Virus record (IMG/VR): IMGVR_UViG_3300038315_001378
Span: 1-43,110 of that record
Length of the DNA: 43,110 bases
Strand: one strand, 5' to 3'
From: a virus
Taxonomy: Duplodnaviria > Caudoviricetes
Each line of letters begins with the position of its first letter. Position 1 is the first letter of the stretch. This document shows positions 20,206 through 29,487 of the stretch, piece by piece. Below the pieces are notes generated by a model that was not told the origin of the DNA, ran no database searches, and saw only the letters and a list, made by a program, of their open reading frames with translations. The position numbers were made by a program, and so were the translations under genes.

Positions 20206-23200
20206 ATGGCAAATATTTTTTCAAGAATTGGTAGCAGAATTAAACAAGAGGCTAAATTACTGCCATCTACTTTAAAATTTCTACCCGGAGAAATTAAAAA
20301 AACAATTAGCAAAGCTAGCCCTTTTGTGCCAGGCGGACAACTTGCCAAAGGTATAGGTGAAACAATAGCGCGTCCGCAAATTCAAAGATTACAACAGCAA
20401 GTAGAAGAAAATGAACGACAATTGCACACCTTGCTTATTCAAGAAATACAAGGAGCAAAGGGAGACCAAGAAAAAATAGACAGACTAGCACAGATTGCAA
20501 ACCAGACACGGGTTAAGGGTCCGCTAGAGTCTCATATAGAAGAAGCGACTACTCCAAGGCAAATAATTGCTAGTGCAGGGGAATTGGCTTTAATAGCCGC
20601 AACTGGTTTAAAAACAAAATTACCAGTAAGCGCAACTGGTAAATTAATCCCGCAAGCAACCATTAAATCATTGCAAGCGGCAAAAGTTGCTAAAACAGCG
20701 CAAGCATTAAAGGGTGCTGGTAAGCTTAAAAAATTAGCTGTTAAAGTTGGTAAGCCCGCACTAAAAGAAGCAGGTATAGGCGGGCTTTTTTTTGGTACTG
20801 CCAAAGCCACAGAAAAAGATGCTTCAATTAAAGATATTATTAGAGCGGCAGAGCTTGGTGTGATTATAGGCGGAGGGGCGATTTTGGCTACAACAGGGAT
20901 AGCTACTGGCGCAGGAAAAGTTGCAAAAGTTTTAAAACCTAAAATTACAAGAGGATTGCAAAGAGCAGGGATTGGTTTGGAGAAAATCGCGGCAGGAAAG
21001 CCTGCTACAAAATCAACAACTCAATTACAGAAAACTTTATCTTTTATCGGCGAGAAAAAAACAATTCAACAAAAAACAGCGCAAGTCGCATTGGCGGCTG
21101 TTAAAAAAACAAAAAAATTAAAAACAAGATTGATTGATAGGTTTTCTCCTTTACAGAGAGTTGAAAGTAGAATATCTACGGCAATTGGCAGGCCATTAAA
21201 AGAATCAGAAAAAGTCTATCGCAATGCGCGGCTTACTCAATCTGTGGCTGACGCAAAAGCAGAGCAATTAGTAATTAGATATAACCCTAAAATTAATCAA
21301 TTTGGCGACGACATAACTAAAAAATCAAAAGCATATTTAACCCAACTGGATTTGATAGACCGCGCGAGACTTGGCCAGAAAGTGGCTGGAGATCAAACAT
21401 TGGATGAACTAATAACAGGGCTTAAAACATTAACGCAAGAAATTGGCGCAGATGATATGCAGAAAGTGGGGCAAATAAGACAAACAACAAGATTATTTCA
21501 TAAAAATTTATTACAGCAGAGAGTTGACGCCGGGTTGCTTAACAAAACCCAAATGGACAGGCTACTTGCCACTCACCCTAATTATATCCCTCATAATGTA
21601 ATGATGGATATAGATGAGCAGGCAGTTCGCTGGGTTGGCAATTCTTTGAATGTTCCTAAAACCGACATAATGAAAGCAGTTGGTTCAACGCGCAATATTG
21701 ATGACCCTTTTGTCGCGACAATTCAAAGAACGCCAATTGCAACCAGAACAATCGAGAAAAATAAAGTGTTAAAAGGGCTGGTTGAAGCGCAAGAAGAATT
21801 GAGTTTATTTGAAGGAATGGGAAAAATAACAGGCGAAGTAAAGCCGGGGAAGGTTGTTGAGACTGGTGCGATAACAAAACCTGTTTTCCCCCCTGCTAAA
21901 CCCAAACCTGCTTTGGCTGAAAAAGTTAAACCAGCTCCATTGGCAAGAGTAACGGCAAAAAAAGGGACTGATGGTAAATTTCAATTGTTTTGGATAGGAA
22001 CGAAAAATTTTGCGGAAGTTGGGGGCAAGCTGATTGATGATAAGTTTGTGTCGGCCAAAGAAGCCAGAAACACATTTGAAGCTTTGTGGATTAAAGATCA
22101 GCAACAAACCATACAGCTAGCCCTCAAACCCAAAATCAAACTTAGGCAAGCTGTCCCTCCTGCTTTAGTTAAAAAAGTTGCGCCAATCCCAAAAACACTA
22201 GAACCCCTAGCCAAAGAAGCAAGGAAGTTTAAGACTGCGGAGGAGTTTGTGGAGGCACAACCAAAACTATTTCACGGAACAACCAAACAATCAGCTTCAT
22301 CAATAGAAAAAAGTGGTTTTGAAGTTGGTGGAAAAACTAATATAAACAAAGATTTTATTGGAATAGATAAAGAATTACTTGGAGATGTGATTTGGTTTAC
22401 AGACACACCCCAAAGAGCGAATGTGTTTGCTGGACAAAGTGGAAGATTGAAATTTGGGGAAGATGCGGGAATTGTTCAAATAACAGAGAGTAACCTTAAA
22501 TTAGCAAAACCAAGCGATAGTATTGGAGGCACATTACAAGCAGAAAACGCAAAAGCATTTAGGGTAAAAATTGAAGATTTGAAATCAAAAGGATTTGATG
22601 GATTACAAAGAAGTAGGGCAGAAACTATCGTATGGAATACAGATAAAATTAAAACCAAATCCCAACTAACCGACTTCTTTAATCAAGCAACTAAAGCAGA
22701 ACCAACCCCAACCCCCTCAATTATAGAGCCATTAGCAAAGCCAATCCCAAAAACACTAGAACCCCTAGCCAAAGAAGCTGGCGAAGTAAAGCCAAAGGAG
22801 GGTTTTGGTACAATAAATTTATTTAGAGATGGCGTAAAAGAAACTTGGGTAGTACCAGAAGATATTGCAATCGCTATTAAAAATCTTGATACGCCAGTTA
22901 CGCCAAACTGGTGGAAATTATTAACCACACCACAAAGACTGCTTAAAAAAGGTGCGACTCAATTTAATTTATCTTTTGCTTTGCCAAACAAATTTAGAGA
23001 CAAGCAAACTGCGGCTTTAACTGCTGAATCCTTTATAACAGAACTGGCCAAAAAGACAGGTGTTAGTCCTAAATCAGTTAATCTAACGAAAAAAGAAATC
23101 GAGAAATTGTATAAAGTTAGTGGTGGATTTGGTGGATCTATTTTCCGAGAAGGTGAGAGTAAAATTTTTGATCAATTAACAAAAATCGGAATTAAAAGTA

Positions 23201-24600
23201 AAGTGCAATCCACCAATCCTGCTAAATTAGTTACATCAACAAATGAATCATTGGAGCAATCAACTCGTATGCAGACATTTAAACGCGGACTTGAAGCTGG
23301 GCTATCGCCAAAAGACGCAGCACTGGCTTCCAGAGACGTTACAATAGATTTTGCTAAAATGGGGACTTGGATGAGGCCGTTAAATCAGGCTATACCTTTT
23401 TTAAACGCTCGTATTCAAGGTTTTGTAAATTTACCAAAAGCCATTGCAAAAAATCCAGAAGCTTTTGCGAGAATGCAGATGTACACAGCTACATATCCTA
23501 CCATTGCCCTGCATGCTCACAACAGAAGATTTGAAAGTTATAAGGATATTTCTCAATATTATAAAGATAAATACTGGGTGATAATGACTGGTGAAACTGA
23601 CGCGATTGATGATTTTTCTGGCCAGCCAATAAAAGTACCGCAATTTATTACCATACCAAAAGGAGAGGGGCAAGCACTTGTATCTGGCCCAATCCAGCAT
23701 TACCTAGACAAGTCTGACGGTGCTGATTTTAGAAAAACATCCGAGATGATAGCAGATGTTTTAGGATCAGCTTCGCCTTTAGAGTTTCAAGCTTGGGGAG
23801 ACGGCAATATTTGGACAACTGGCATATCAATGCTTGGTCCAGGTGCTAGTATTCCTGTTGGGCTTGGCACTAATATTGAACCATACTCTGGACGCAAGAT
23901 TATACCGGAGAGCAGAAAGCAAGCACCAAAAGAATTGCAGTTTAGAAAAACTACTCCAGAGACAACAAAAAAACTAGCAAAAATTTTAGATCTGGCACCT
24001 GCCAAGGTTGCTTTTGTGTTAAATAGTTTTGGCGGGTTGCCACAGGATATGCAAAGAGCCGCTGACATTGTTTACGGGGTAGTGAGAGAAGGTAAGCTTG
24101 GAGGGAACAGTATATCTGACACTCCTTTTGGAGCAGTTACGCAGGTACCTATTAGCAGAAGATTTTTAAGAGAGGCACAGCCTTCTTTTGGGCCAGAGAT
24201 GGAATTTAGAAAAGAGCAAAAAGAAGAATTAAAAACAGGGATTGTTGGAGAAAAATTAAAAATAAAAGACAGAGCAGAGCAAATATTTATTGAAATGAAT
24301 AAACGAGAAACTAAAGATGAGCGAGTACAGTATCTTAATAGTTTGGGTGATGAATTGACGTTGGATATAAAGAAAAAAATTAAAAGTTTTAAAGATTTTA
24401 GGAAATCAGTTGAGGTGTTAAAAAAAACTGATTCAGTTGAATTAAGGGCTAGATATATTTTACAGAGATTAGACGAACAGAAAGAGCAAGAGATTGCTAA
24501 AGAAGATAGAGTCAAATTTCTTGATGAATTAGACAAAGCAAAAATATTGACCAAAGCAGTCCGCAAAAGAATTGCTGAATTGAAAGCTAGTACTGACTAG
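20206..24600 (+). CDS. Large polyvalent / ejected protein with ADP-ribosyltransferase-like insert and LPD38-like C-terminal region
   Basis: 1464 aa; LFHGT...IWFTD...FA...GFDG...ETIVWN ART-like motifs; RDVTIDF..G...LNQAIPFLNARIQG...YWVI...TIPKG as in LPD38-type domains. Confidence 0.7.
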   Translation: MANIFSRIGSRIKQEAKLLPSTLKFLPGEIKKTISKASPFVPGGQLAKGIGETIARPQIQRLQQQVEENERQLHTLLIQEIQGAKGDQEKIDRLAQIANQTRVKGPLESHIEEATTPRQIIASAGELALIAATGLKTKLPVSATGKLIPQATIKSLQAAKVAKTAQALKGAGKLKKLAVKVGKPALKEAGIGGLFFGTAKATEKDASIKDIIRAAELGVIIGGGAILATTGIATGAGKVAKVLKPKITRGLQRAGIGLEKIAAGKPATKSTTQLQKTLSFIGEKKTIQQKTAQVALAAVKKTKKLKTRLIDRFSPLQRVESRISTAIGRPLKESEKVYRNARLTQSVADAKAEQLVIRYNPKINQFGDDITKKSKAYLTQLDLIDRARLGQKVAGDQTLDELITGLKTLTQEIGADDMQKVGQIRQTTRLFHKNLLQQRVDAGLLNKTQMDRLLATHPNYIPHNVMMDIDEQAVRWVGNSLNVPKTDIMKAVGSTRNIDDPFVATIQRTPIATRTIEKNKVLKGLVEAQEELSLFEGMGKITGEVKPGKVVETGAITKPVFPPAKPKPALAEKVKPAPLARVTAKKGTDGKFQLFWIGTKNFAEVGGKLIDDKFVSAKEARNTFEALWIKDQQQTIQLALKPKIKLRQAVPPALVKKVAPIPKTLEPLAKEARKFKTAEEFVEAQPKLFHGTTKQSASSIEKSGFEVGGKTNINKDFIGIDKELLGDVIWFTDTPQRANVFAGQSGRLKFGEDAGIVQITESNLKLAKPSDSIGGTLQAENAKAFRVKIEDLKSKGFDGLQRSRAETIVWNTDKIKTKSQLTDFFNQATKAEPTPTPSIIEPLAKPIPKTLEPLAKEAGEVKPKEGFGTINLFRDGVKETWVVPEDIAIAIKNLDTPVTPNWWKLLTTPQRLLKKGATQFNLSFALPNKFRDKQTAALTAESFITELAKKTGVSPKSVNLTKKEIEKLYKVSGGFGGSIFREGESKIFDQLTKIGIKSKVQSTNPAKLVTSTNESLEQSTRMQTFKRGLEAGLSPKDAALASRDVTIDFAKMGTWMRPLNQAIPFLNARIQGFVNLPKAIAKNPEAFARMQMYTATYPTIALHAHNRRFESYKDISQYYKDKYWVIMTGETDAIDDFSGQPIKVPQFITIPKGEGQALVSGPIQHYLDKSDGADFRKTSEMIADVLGSASPLEFQAWGDGNIWTTGISMLGPGASIPVGLGTNIEPYSGRKIIPESRKQAPKELQFRKTTPETTKKLAKILDLAPAKVAFVLNSFGGLPQDMQRAADIVYGVVREGKLGGNSISDTPFGAVTQVPISRRFLREAQPSFGPEMEFRKEQKEELKTGIVGEKLKIKDRAEQIFIEMNKRETKDERVQYLNSLGDELTLDIKKKIKSFKDFRKSVEVLKKTDSVELRARYILQRLDEQKEQEIAKEDRVKFLDELDKAKILTKAVRKRIAELKASTD
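22182..22778 (+). repeat. 39-bp perfect direct repeats (22182-22220, 22740-22778) flanking the ART-like domain
   Basis: GCCAATCCCAAAAACACTAGAACCCCTAGCCAAAGAAGC twice, encoding PIPKTLEPLAKEA. Confidence 0.92.
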
Positions 24601-24790
24601 GGGTTTGATAATATTCACTTGCTTCAGGATATACGGCGTTGCGGTTCTCGGCATTGCGAAAAGCTTGGCTGATTTGCAATATTATAACCAAAACTATTAT
24701 CCAGATAAAAACATAAATATACCACCTGTCCCACCAGTCGCGGTTAGTGCGATTTATCCTTTTAAGTTCTTGTTGGATTGAGTAAGTCAT
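24587..24790 (-). CDS. Small membrane protein
   Basis: Likely ATG at 24790 (MTYSIQ); WYIYVFIWIIVLVIILQI transmembrane stretch. Confidence 0.6.
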   Translation of the reverse strand: MTYSIQQELKRINRTNRDWWDRWYIYVFIWIIVLVIILQISQAFRNAENRNAVYPEASEYYQTPSQY

Positions 24791-24803
24791 AATAAGTTTG
24801 TTG

Positions 24804-24890
24804 TCAATCAAATATCCCCTCAACTATAGCTACGAGAACAATTAAGGAGATGCCGATTATAATTATATTTGTGAGGATGAGGCTGATCAT
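24804..24890 (-). CDS. 28-aa hydrophobic peptide
   Basis: MISLILTNIIIIGISLIVLVAIVEGIFD*, read by hand; below the ORF-track cutoff. Confidence 0.4.
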   Translation of the reverse strand: MISLILTNIIIIGISLIVLVAIVEGIFD

Positions 24891-24904
24891 AATTTATTCT
24901 TTGT

Positions 24905-25030
24905 TTACTCAATCAAAGTATAATATTCCATCAAAGGTGTTAATGCCGCAAACTGTTTGTCTGTGTAATAGTCAAAAGTATTAAATCCTTGTTTCCAGAA
25001 TATTTGATAATAATGAAGTTTTTTAGACAT
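24905..25030 (-). CDS. Small hypothetical protein
   Basis: MSKKLHYYQIFW... 3' part of track ORF 24905-25171, not overlapping neighbours. Confidence 0.45.
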   Translation of the reverse strand: MSKKLHYYQIFWKQGFNTFDYYTDKQFAALTPLMEYYTLIE

Positions 25031-25073
25031 AATTTGTTCCTTATTATTTGTTCTTTGAAAATTTTCTAATTTG

Positions 25074-25352
25074 TCAATCAAATATCCCCTCAACCTCCTC
25101 CATTTCCAATTCATACCATTTGTCTTTGCCAAAACAAACATCTTCTGCAGCACAGTCTCGCATACGGACATTATAGATTTTAGGCTCTGGTTTTTCTACA
25201 TCTTCTACTTCTTCAACAGCTTTAACGCGAGGCACACGAGGCGCATGAGGTTGAGAAGTCAATAATCCTCCCAGCCATATAGACAGCCACACAACAGTTA
25301 AGCAAATTAAAAATATAAAAATTAGAAGACAGTTTTTGAGTATTTTATTCAT
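25074..25352 (-). CDS. Membrane-anchored small protein
   Basis: N-terminal hydrophobic helix; ATGA overlap with the upstream gene. Confidence 0.65.
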   Translation of the reverse strand: MNKILKNCLLIFIFLICLTVVWLSIWLGGLLTSQPHAPRVPRVKAVEEVEDVEKPEPKIYNVRMRDCAAEDVCFGKDKWYELEMEEVEGIFD

Positions 25353-25948
25353 ATAAGCACAATATCAGACACCTTACCAGCAAAATCGCGCCAAACGCCA
25401 TCAACGCCTTGGACGCGTTTAAGATCGTAAGTCATCTGACTACCGTTAAAATAAGGTTTTAGTTTATTCGTACGTATAGTTTTTTTCACGTCGTTAAAAG
25501 TTTTAAAACCCTCCCTCTGGTCGCTCTTATCACTCTTACCACTCTCTATATAGTAAGGTTTCCGCTTGGTTTCCGCACCGTTTCCGCACCGTTTCCGTAT
25601 TTGTTTCCGCATTTTAACTCTTTTATCATAATCTATTATGGTTATAATAAGGCCATCTCGGGTTTTTTGTTTCCGTATTAGTTTCCACTCTTTTGTAAGG
25701 AAATTGAGTATTCTTAGCACTTTGTCCTCCGCACCTTTTTTGGGCAATCCAAACCATTCAGCAAATTTTTTACATTTAAGGAAAACTTGACCGCGTTTAA
25801 GAAAAACTGAATTCTCATTGTCGTAATCATCTTCAGTTCTTGCTAATATTATCAATTTTTCTAAAATCGTTGTAGCAAATTTATGACCACCGCAGTGATC
25901 TTTGATCTTAACAGGTATTGGCTGTCTCCAGCCCCATTGATCCCCCAT
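25349..25948 (-). CDS. Replication initiator-like (replisome organizer) protein
   Basis: LIILA...LKRGQ...LIITIIDYD pattern plus internal iteron-like repeats. Confidence 0.6.
   Translation of the reverse strand: MGDQWGWRQPIPVKIKDHCGGHKFATTILEKLIILARTEDDYDNENSVFLKRGQVFLKCKKFAEWFGLPKKGAEDKVLRILNFLTKEWKLIRKQKTRDGLIITIIDYDKRVKMRKQIRKRCGNGAETKRKPYYIESGKSDKSDQREGFKTFNDVKKTIRTNKLKPYFNGSQMTYDLKRVQGVDGVWRDFAGKVSDIVLI
25558..25610. repeat. Iteron-like repeats GTTTCCG(C/T) x5, 11-12 bp period
   Basis: Starts at 25558, 25569, 25580, 25591, 25603; further partial copies near 25669 and 25681. Confidence 0.75.
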
Positions 25949-26098
25949 AGAGATGTGAATGTATCACCAGACAATAAAAAAATCAGCTAAAGTACGAGCA
26001 GACTTAAATGTATTTAAAATTTAGTCTTTTTACAGACTGATTGAGCAGTCTGCCCGAACTTTAACTGATTAGATTACATACTCTAAATACATTTATTT

Positions 26099-26145
26099 AA
26101 GCTCACCCCCATTATACATCACCCCCAAAAAAAGTCAAGCTCACC
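26099..26145 (-). promoter_or_regulatory. Sigma70-like promoter for the leftward cassette, overlapped by TCACC repeats
   Basis: TTGACT (26138-26133) - 16 bp - TATAAT (26116-26111); three TCACC(CCC) copies. Confidence 0.6.
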
Positions 26146-26147
26146 AA

Positions 26148-27389
26148 ATGCAAAAATTTTACGATATAAATAAAATTAAAAACAGTATTCTATTAGGCGA
26201 TACATTAACAGAATTAAAAAAGCTCCCTAATGACACTATAGATACAGTTTGCACCTCTCCGCCTTATTGGGGCTTGCGTTCGTATTTAGATGATGACCAC
26301 CCAGACAAGCCTAAAGAAATTGGACTAGAACCAACGATTGATGAGTTTTTAGTCAAGATGTCCGCTATTACAGGACAACTGAAACGAGTTTTAAAGCCAA
26401 CAGGAGTGATGTTTTTCAATCATGGAGATTGTTATGGAGGTCAAAGATGGTCAAATAGTCCAGGAACAGGAATCTATGGAAATAAAAGATTTGTTGATGG
26501 AAATACAATCGCACCTAAAGGAAATGTACCAGCAAAATGTTTAGCATTACAAAACTACCGCTTAATAATTAAAATGATAGACGAGCAAGGATGGATTTTG
26601 AGAAATACTATAATTTGGAACAAACCAAACGGAATGCCATCATCAGTTAAAGATCGTTTCGCAAATAAATATGAACCAGTATTTATGTTGGTTAAAAATA
26701 AGAAGTATTGGTTTGATTTAGATGCTGTGAGAGTGCCGCATAAAACTAATGAACCAGTTAATTATACCCGACCATTAAAAAGCAAAAGTCGTTCTGCTAC
26801 TATACAGCCAAGAAGCAAAACATCTTTAGTTAGTTATGGAATAGGCGGAAAAAACCCGGGCGACGTATGGAGAATACCAACCTACCCATTTTCAGACGCA
26901 CATTTCGCAACATTTCCTCCTAAACTAATTGAACCGATGATAAAGGCAGGATGTCCAAAAGAAATATGTCAAAAATGCGGAGAGGCGAGGGTGAGGGTAA
27001 CGGAAACGAATTATGAGCAAGCGGGGGGTAAAGGACGAGAAAAATATGATACTAAAAATCAAAGTGGTGGAATGGAGACTGGAAGTTGCAAACCTCAATC
27101 AATGAAACACGGCCGAGCAATGGAAGAACGAAAAAAGAAAAATCCTCAAAGAGATTTTTGCTGGAGATGGTCTAAAAAATTAAATGCAATTAGAAAAACA
27201 ATCGGCTGGACTAAATGCCAATGCAAAAATCCAAAGTACGAAGCTGGAATTTGCCTTGATCCATTTATGGGTTCAGGCACAACAGCCCTAGTAGCTCGCA
27301 AGCTGGGCCGCCAATATCTTGGCATAGAACTTTCAGCCGAATATTTAAAAATAATCAAAAAACGCCTAGCCCAACAAACTCTATTCTAA
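26148..27389 (+). CDS. DNA methyltransferase, N4-C/N6-A beta class
   Basis: TSPPYW catalytic motif before DPFMGSGTT SAM-binding motif; IIWNKPN, HFATFP; Cys-rich insertion. Confidence 0.93.
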   Translation: MQKFYDINKIKNSILLGDTLTELKKLPNDTIDTVCTSPPYWGLRSYLDDDHPDKPKEIGLEPTIDEFLVKMSAITGQLKRVLKPTGVMFFNHGDCYGGQRWSNSPGTGIYGNKRFVDGNTIAPKGNVPAKCLALQNYRLIIKMIDEQGWILRNTIIWNKPNGMPSSVKDRFANKYEPVFMLVKNKKYWFDLDAVRVPHKTNEPVNYTRPLKSKSRSATIQPRSKTSLVSYGIGGKNPGDVWRIPTYPFSDAHFATFPPKLIEPMIKAGCPKEICQKCGEARVRVTETNYEQAGGKGREKYDTKNQSGGMETGSCKPQSMKHGRAMEERKKKNPQRDFCWRWSKKLNAIRKTIGWTKCQCKNPKYEAGICLDPFMGSGTTALVARKLGRQYLGIELSAEYLKIIKKRLAQQTLF

Positions 27390-27491
27390 CCCGTCGAGGA
27401 AAGCTCCCTTACGAGCTTTTACAGACTTATGAGGGTGTCTCAACCCCGACATAGAAGACTAGTACGGGGAGGATAATTAGTCAATCTTATT

Positions 27492-27830
27492 ATGAAAAAT
27501 CTAAAAATAACCATACCAATAACTCCAATATCAATAAATAAATGCTGGCAAGGCAAGAGATACAAAACAGGGGATTATAAACAATGGAGAATAGACTTTA
27601 GTAGGTGCTGTAAGGCTATCAGAACAAACCTCGAGGACGAAATAGAGGTTGCGCTGTCTTTCTACCTCAAGCATTATAAAACTACTGATATAGACAATTT
27701 AATTAAACCAACGCTAGACGCTCTGCAAGATAAAGAAATAATCAAAGATGATAGATTTATAAAAAAAATAATAGCGGAAAAATTTAAAGTTAAAAATAAA
27801 AGAGATGAAAAAATAATAATAGAAATATAA
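27492..27830 (+). CDS. rusA: RusA-family Holliday junction resolvase
   Basis: PISIN, DIDNLIKPTLDAL, IIKDDRFI motifs. Confidence 0.88.
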   Translation: MKNLKITIPITPISINKCWQGKRYKTGDYKQWRIDFSRCCKAIRTNLEDEIEVALSFYLKHYKTTDIDNLIKPTLDALQDKEIIKDDRFIKKIIAEKFKVKNKRDEKIIIEI

Positions 27831-27894
27831 AAAAATAACACACAAGGTCAATAGGGGGTATCCCCATGAGGGTATTGGCTTCTATCAGACTTAA

Positions 27895-28251
27895 ATGAAA
27901 TTAATGAACGCAGAAGAGAAATTATTAAAGTTCATGATCAAAACTGCAAATTGGCAAGGCAAGGCTGATCAGTATTTTGAACACTTAAAAACCTGTAATC
28001 AAGACATCATCAAGCGTCTGGATAAAATCAACGGCACTAATGAATCGCAGGAAAAAAAAATCGCAAAAAACAAAGCTAAGGTTGATTTTACAGTAAACAA
28101 AATAAAGGATTATAAAAACTTCGCGACAAAAGATGAAGTTTTACCGCTTAAAAGAATAATCTATGGCGTTATAACGCTAATTCTTTTAGGTTTTTTTGGT
28201 ACTCTTTTGGCTTTTGTTTTCAAGCAAGCGAATTTTGAACTCGGCTTATGA
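27895..28251 (+). CDS. Coiled-coil protein with C-terminal transmembrane helix (lysis region)
   Basis: IIYGVITLILLGFFGTLLAFVF helix; overlaps the peptidase start. Confidence 0.6.
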   Translation: MKLMNAEEKLLKFMIKTANWQGKADQYFEHLKTCNQDIIKRLDKINGTNESQEKKIAKNKAKVDFTVNKIKDYKNFATKDEVLPLKRIIYGVITLILLGFFGTLLAFVFKQANFELGL

Positions 28252-29171
28252 AAAATTATGGTTTAAGGGTTCAATACCCACAACCACAAGACTATATTTT
28301 AGGCGGGGAATCTAAAGTAGAAAATAAGGTTTTGCAAGACAGTGGACAGTGGGACAAATATTTACCAACAGCCGAGTTCCAGAGCGGAGTATATTTTGAC
28401 TCTATGGCATGTGTTACTTACTCTGCCTTAAATTGCTTAGAAATTCTACAGCATAGAATTTTAGGCTTTGAAAGTAATTGGTCTGATAGATACACGGCTA
28501 AAATGTCTGGCACAACCAAAAAAGGAAACTACTTAATTAAGGTAGGGGAGTCTATACGGAAAGACGGAATAGTAGAAGAAAAGCTGTATCCATATCCACG
28601 CTTGCAACGCAATCCAGTATTTGATTGGGAAGATTATTATAAAGAAATACCTAAAAAAATTATTGATAAAGGACATGAGTTTATTGAAGAAAATCTAGTG
28701 CAGCATGAATGGGTAGAGACTACAATGGGTGGCTTAATCGAGGGGCTAAAATACGCTCCTTTGCAAGTAACGGTTCACGCTTGGCAAAAACCAGTAAACG
28801 GCATTTATCAGAAAACTACTAAAGGATTAAATCACGCTGTAACGCTCTATGGTTATGAGCTTGGCAGAATGTGGAAGATATATGACCATTACGCACAGAC
28901 TAATAAATTTCTAGCATGGGATTTTAATTTTGGCTTATGGGCTTTTAAATATTCTTTTGCTAGAAAAGAAAATATGTTTAAACAAGAGTTCAAAAAAAAG
29001 CATGATGCTAAATTAGTTTTCAATAATGAAACAGGGGAATGGGGTTATTTTTATGACAATAGCCTTATTGTACCGCAAACCAATAAAGAAAAAGCTAACA
29101 TCTTGGCTCAATATTTAATACGCCGTGAAGGCGTTAATGTTGACCAAGACGCATGGCTTAAGTTATTATGA
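28248..29171 (+). CDS. Papain-like cysteine peptidase, candidate endolysin
   Basis: Q...DSMACVTYS (Cys), NHAV (His), IYDHY (Asp); flanked by membrane proteins. Confidence 0.7.
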   Translation: MKNYGLRVQYPQPQDYILGGESKVENKVLQDSGQWDKYLPTAEFQSGVYFDSMACVTYSALNCLEILQHRILGFESNWSDRYTAKMSGTTKKGNYLIKVGESIRKDGIVEEKLYPYPRLQRNPVFDWEDYYKEIPKKIIDKGHEFIEENLVQHEWVETTMGGLIEGLKYAPLQVTVHAWQKPVNGIYQKTTKGLNHAVTLYGYELGRMWKIYDHYAQTNKFLAWDFNFGLWAFKYSFARKENMFKQEFKKKHDAKLVFNNETGEWGYFYDNSLIVPQTNKEKANILAQYLIRREGVNVDQDAWLKLL

Positions 29172-29323
29172 TTAAAGGAATGCTAGAGTTTTTAAATGGG
29201 AAAAAAACAATAATTACAGGTTTGGTAATGGTTGCTTTGGGCTTGCTCCAAACAGACCAGACATTAATATTAGAAGGATTAGGTTTAATCTTTCTGCGTT
29301 TAGGTGTTAAAAATATTAAGTAA
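29168..29323 (+). CDS. Holin-like small membrane protein
   Basis: MIKGMLEFLNGKKTIITGLVMVALGLL...ILEGLGLIFLRLGVKNIK*, two hydrophobic segments; read by hand. Confidence 0.6.
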   Translation: MIKGMLEFLNGKKTIITGLVMVALGLLQTDQTLILEGLGLIFLRLGVKNIK

Positions 29324-29452
29324 CTGGCCTATGATATTAATTTTAGTTCTTTCAGTAATTTCGATTATATTAAGGATTAAATGGGCGATATATAATGGTT
29401 AGGCAAAAGTTAGGCAATATAATGAATTGTTAAGTTTTTTGGTTTTATTGGC

Positions 29453-29481
29453 TTGACAAAAAAATTAAACTGTGCTAGCCT
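29453..29481 (+). promoter_or_regulatory. Sigma70-like promoter of the tracrRNA-like RNA
   Basis: TTGACA - 17 bp - TAGCCT with extended TG. Confidence 0.65.
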
Positions 29482-29487
29482 AATAAT

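Noticed and set aside
3533-24566. Numerous short antisense or alternate-frame ORFs inside structural genes
   Set aside because: Shadow ORFs fully overlapping long, motif-bearing + strand genes
24801-24824. Resemblance of GTTGAGGGGATATTTGATTGAC to the 3' half of the CRISPR repeat
   Set aside because: Only ~10 of 11 nt match before needing gaps; explained by the coding VEGIFD* end
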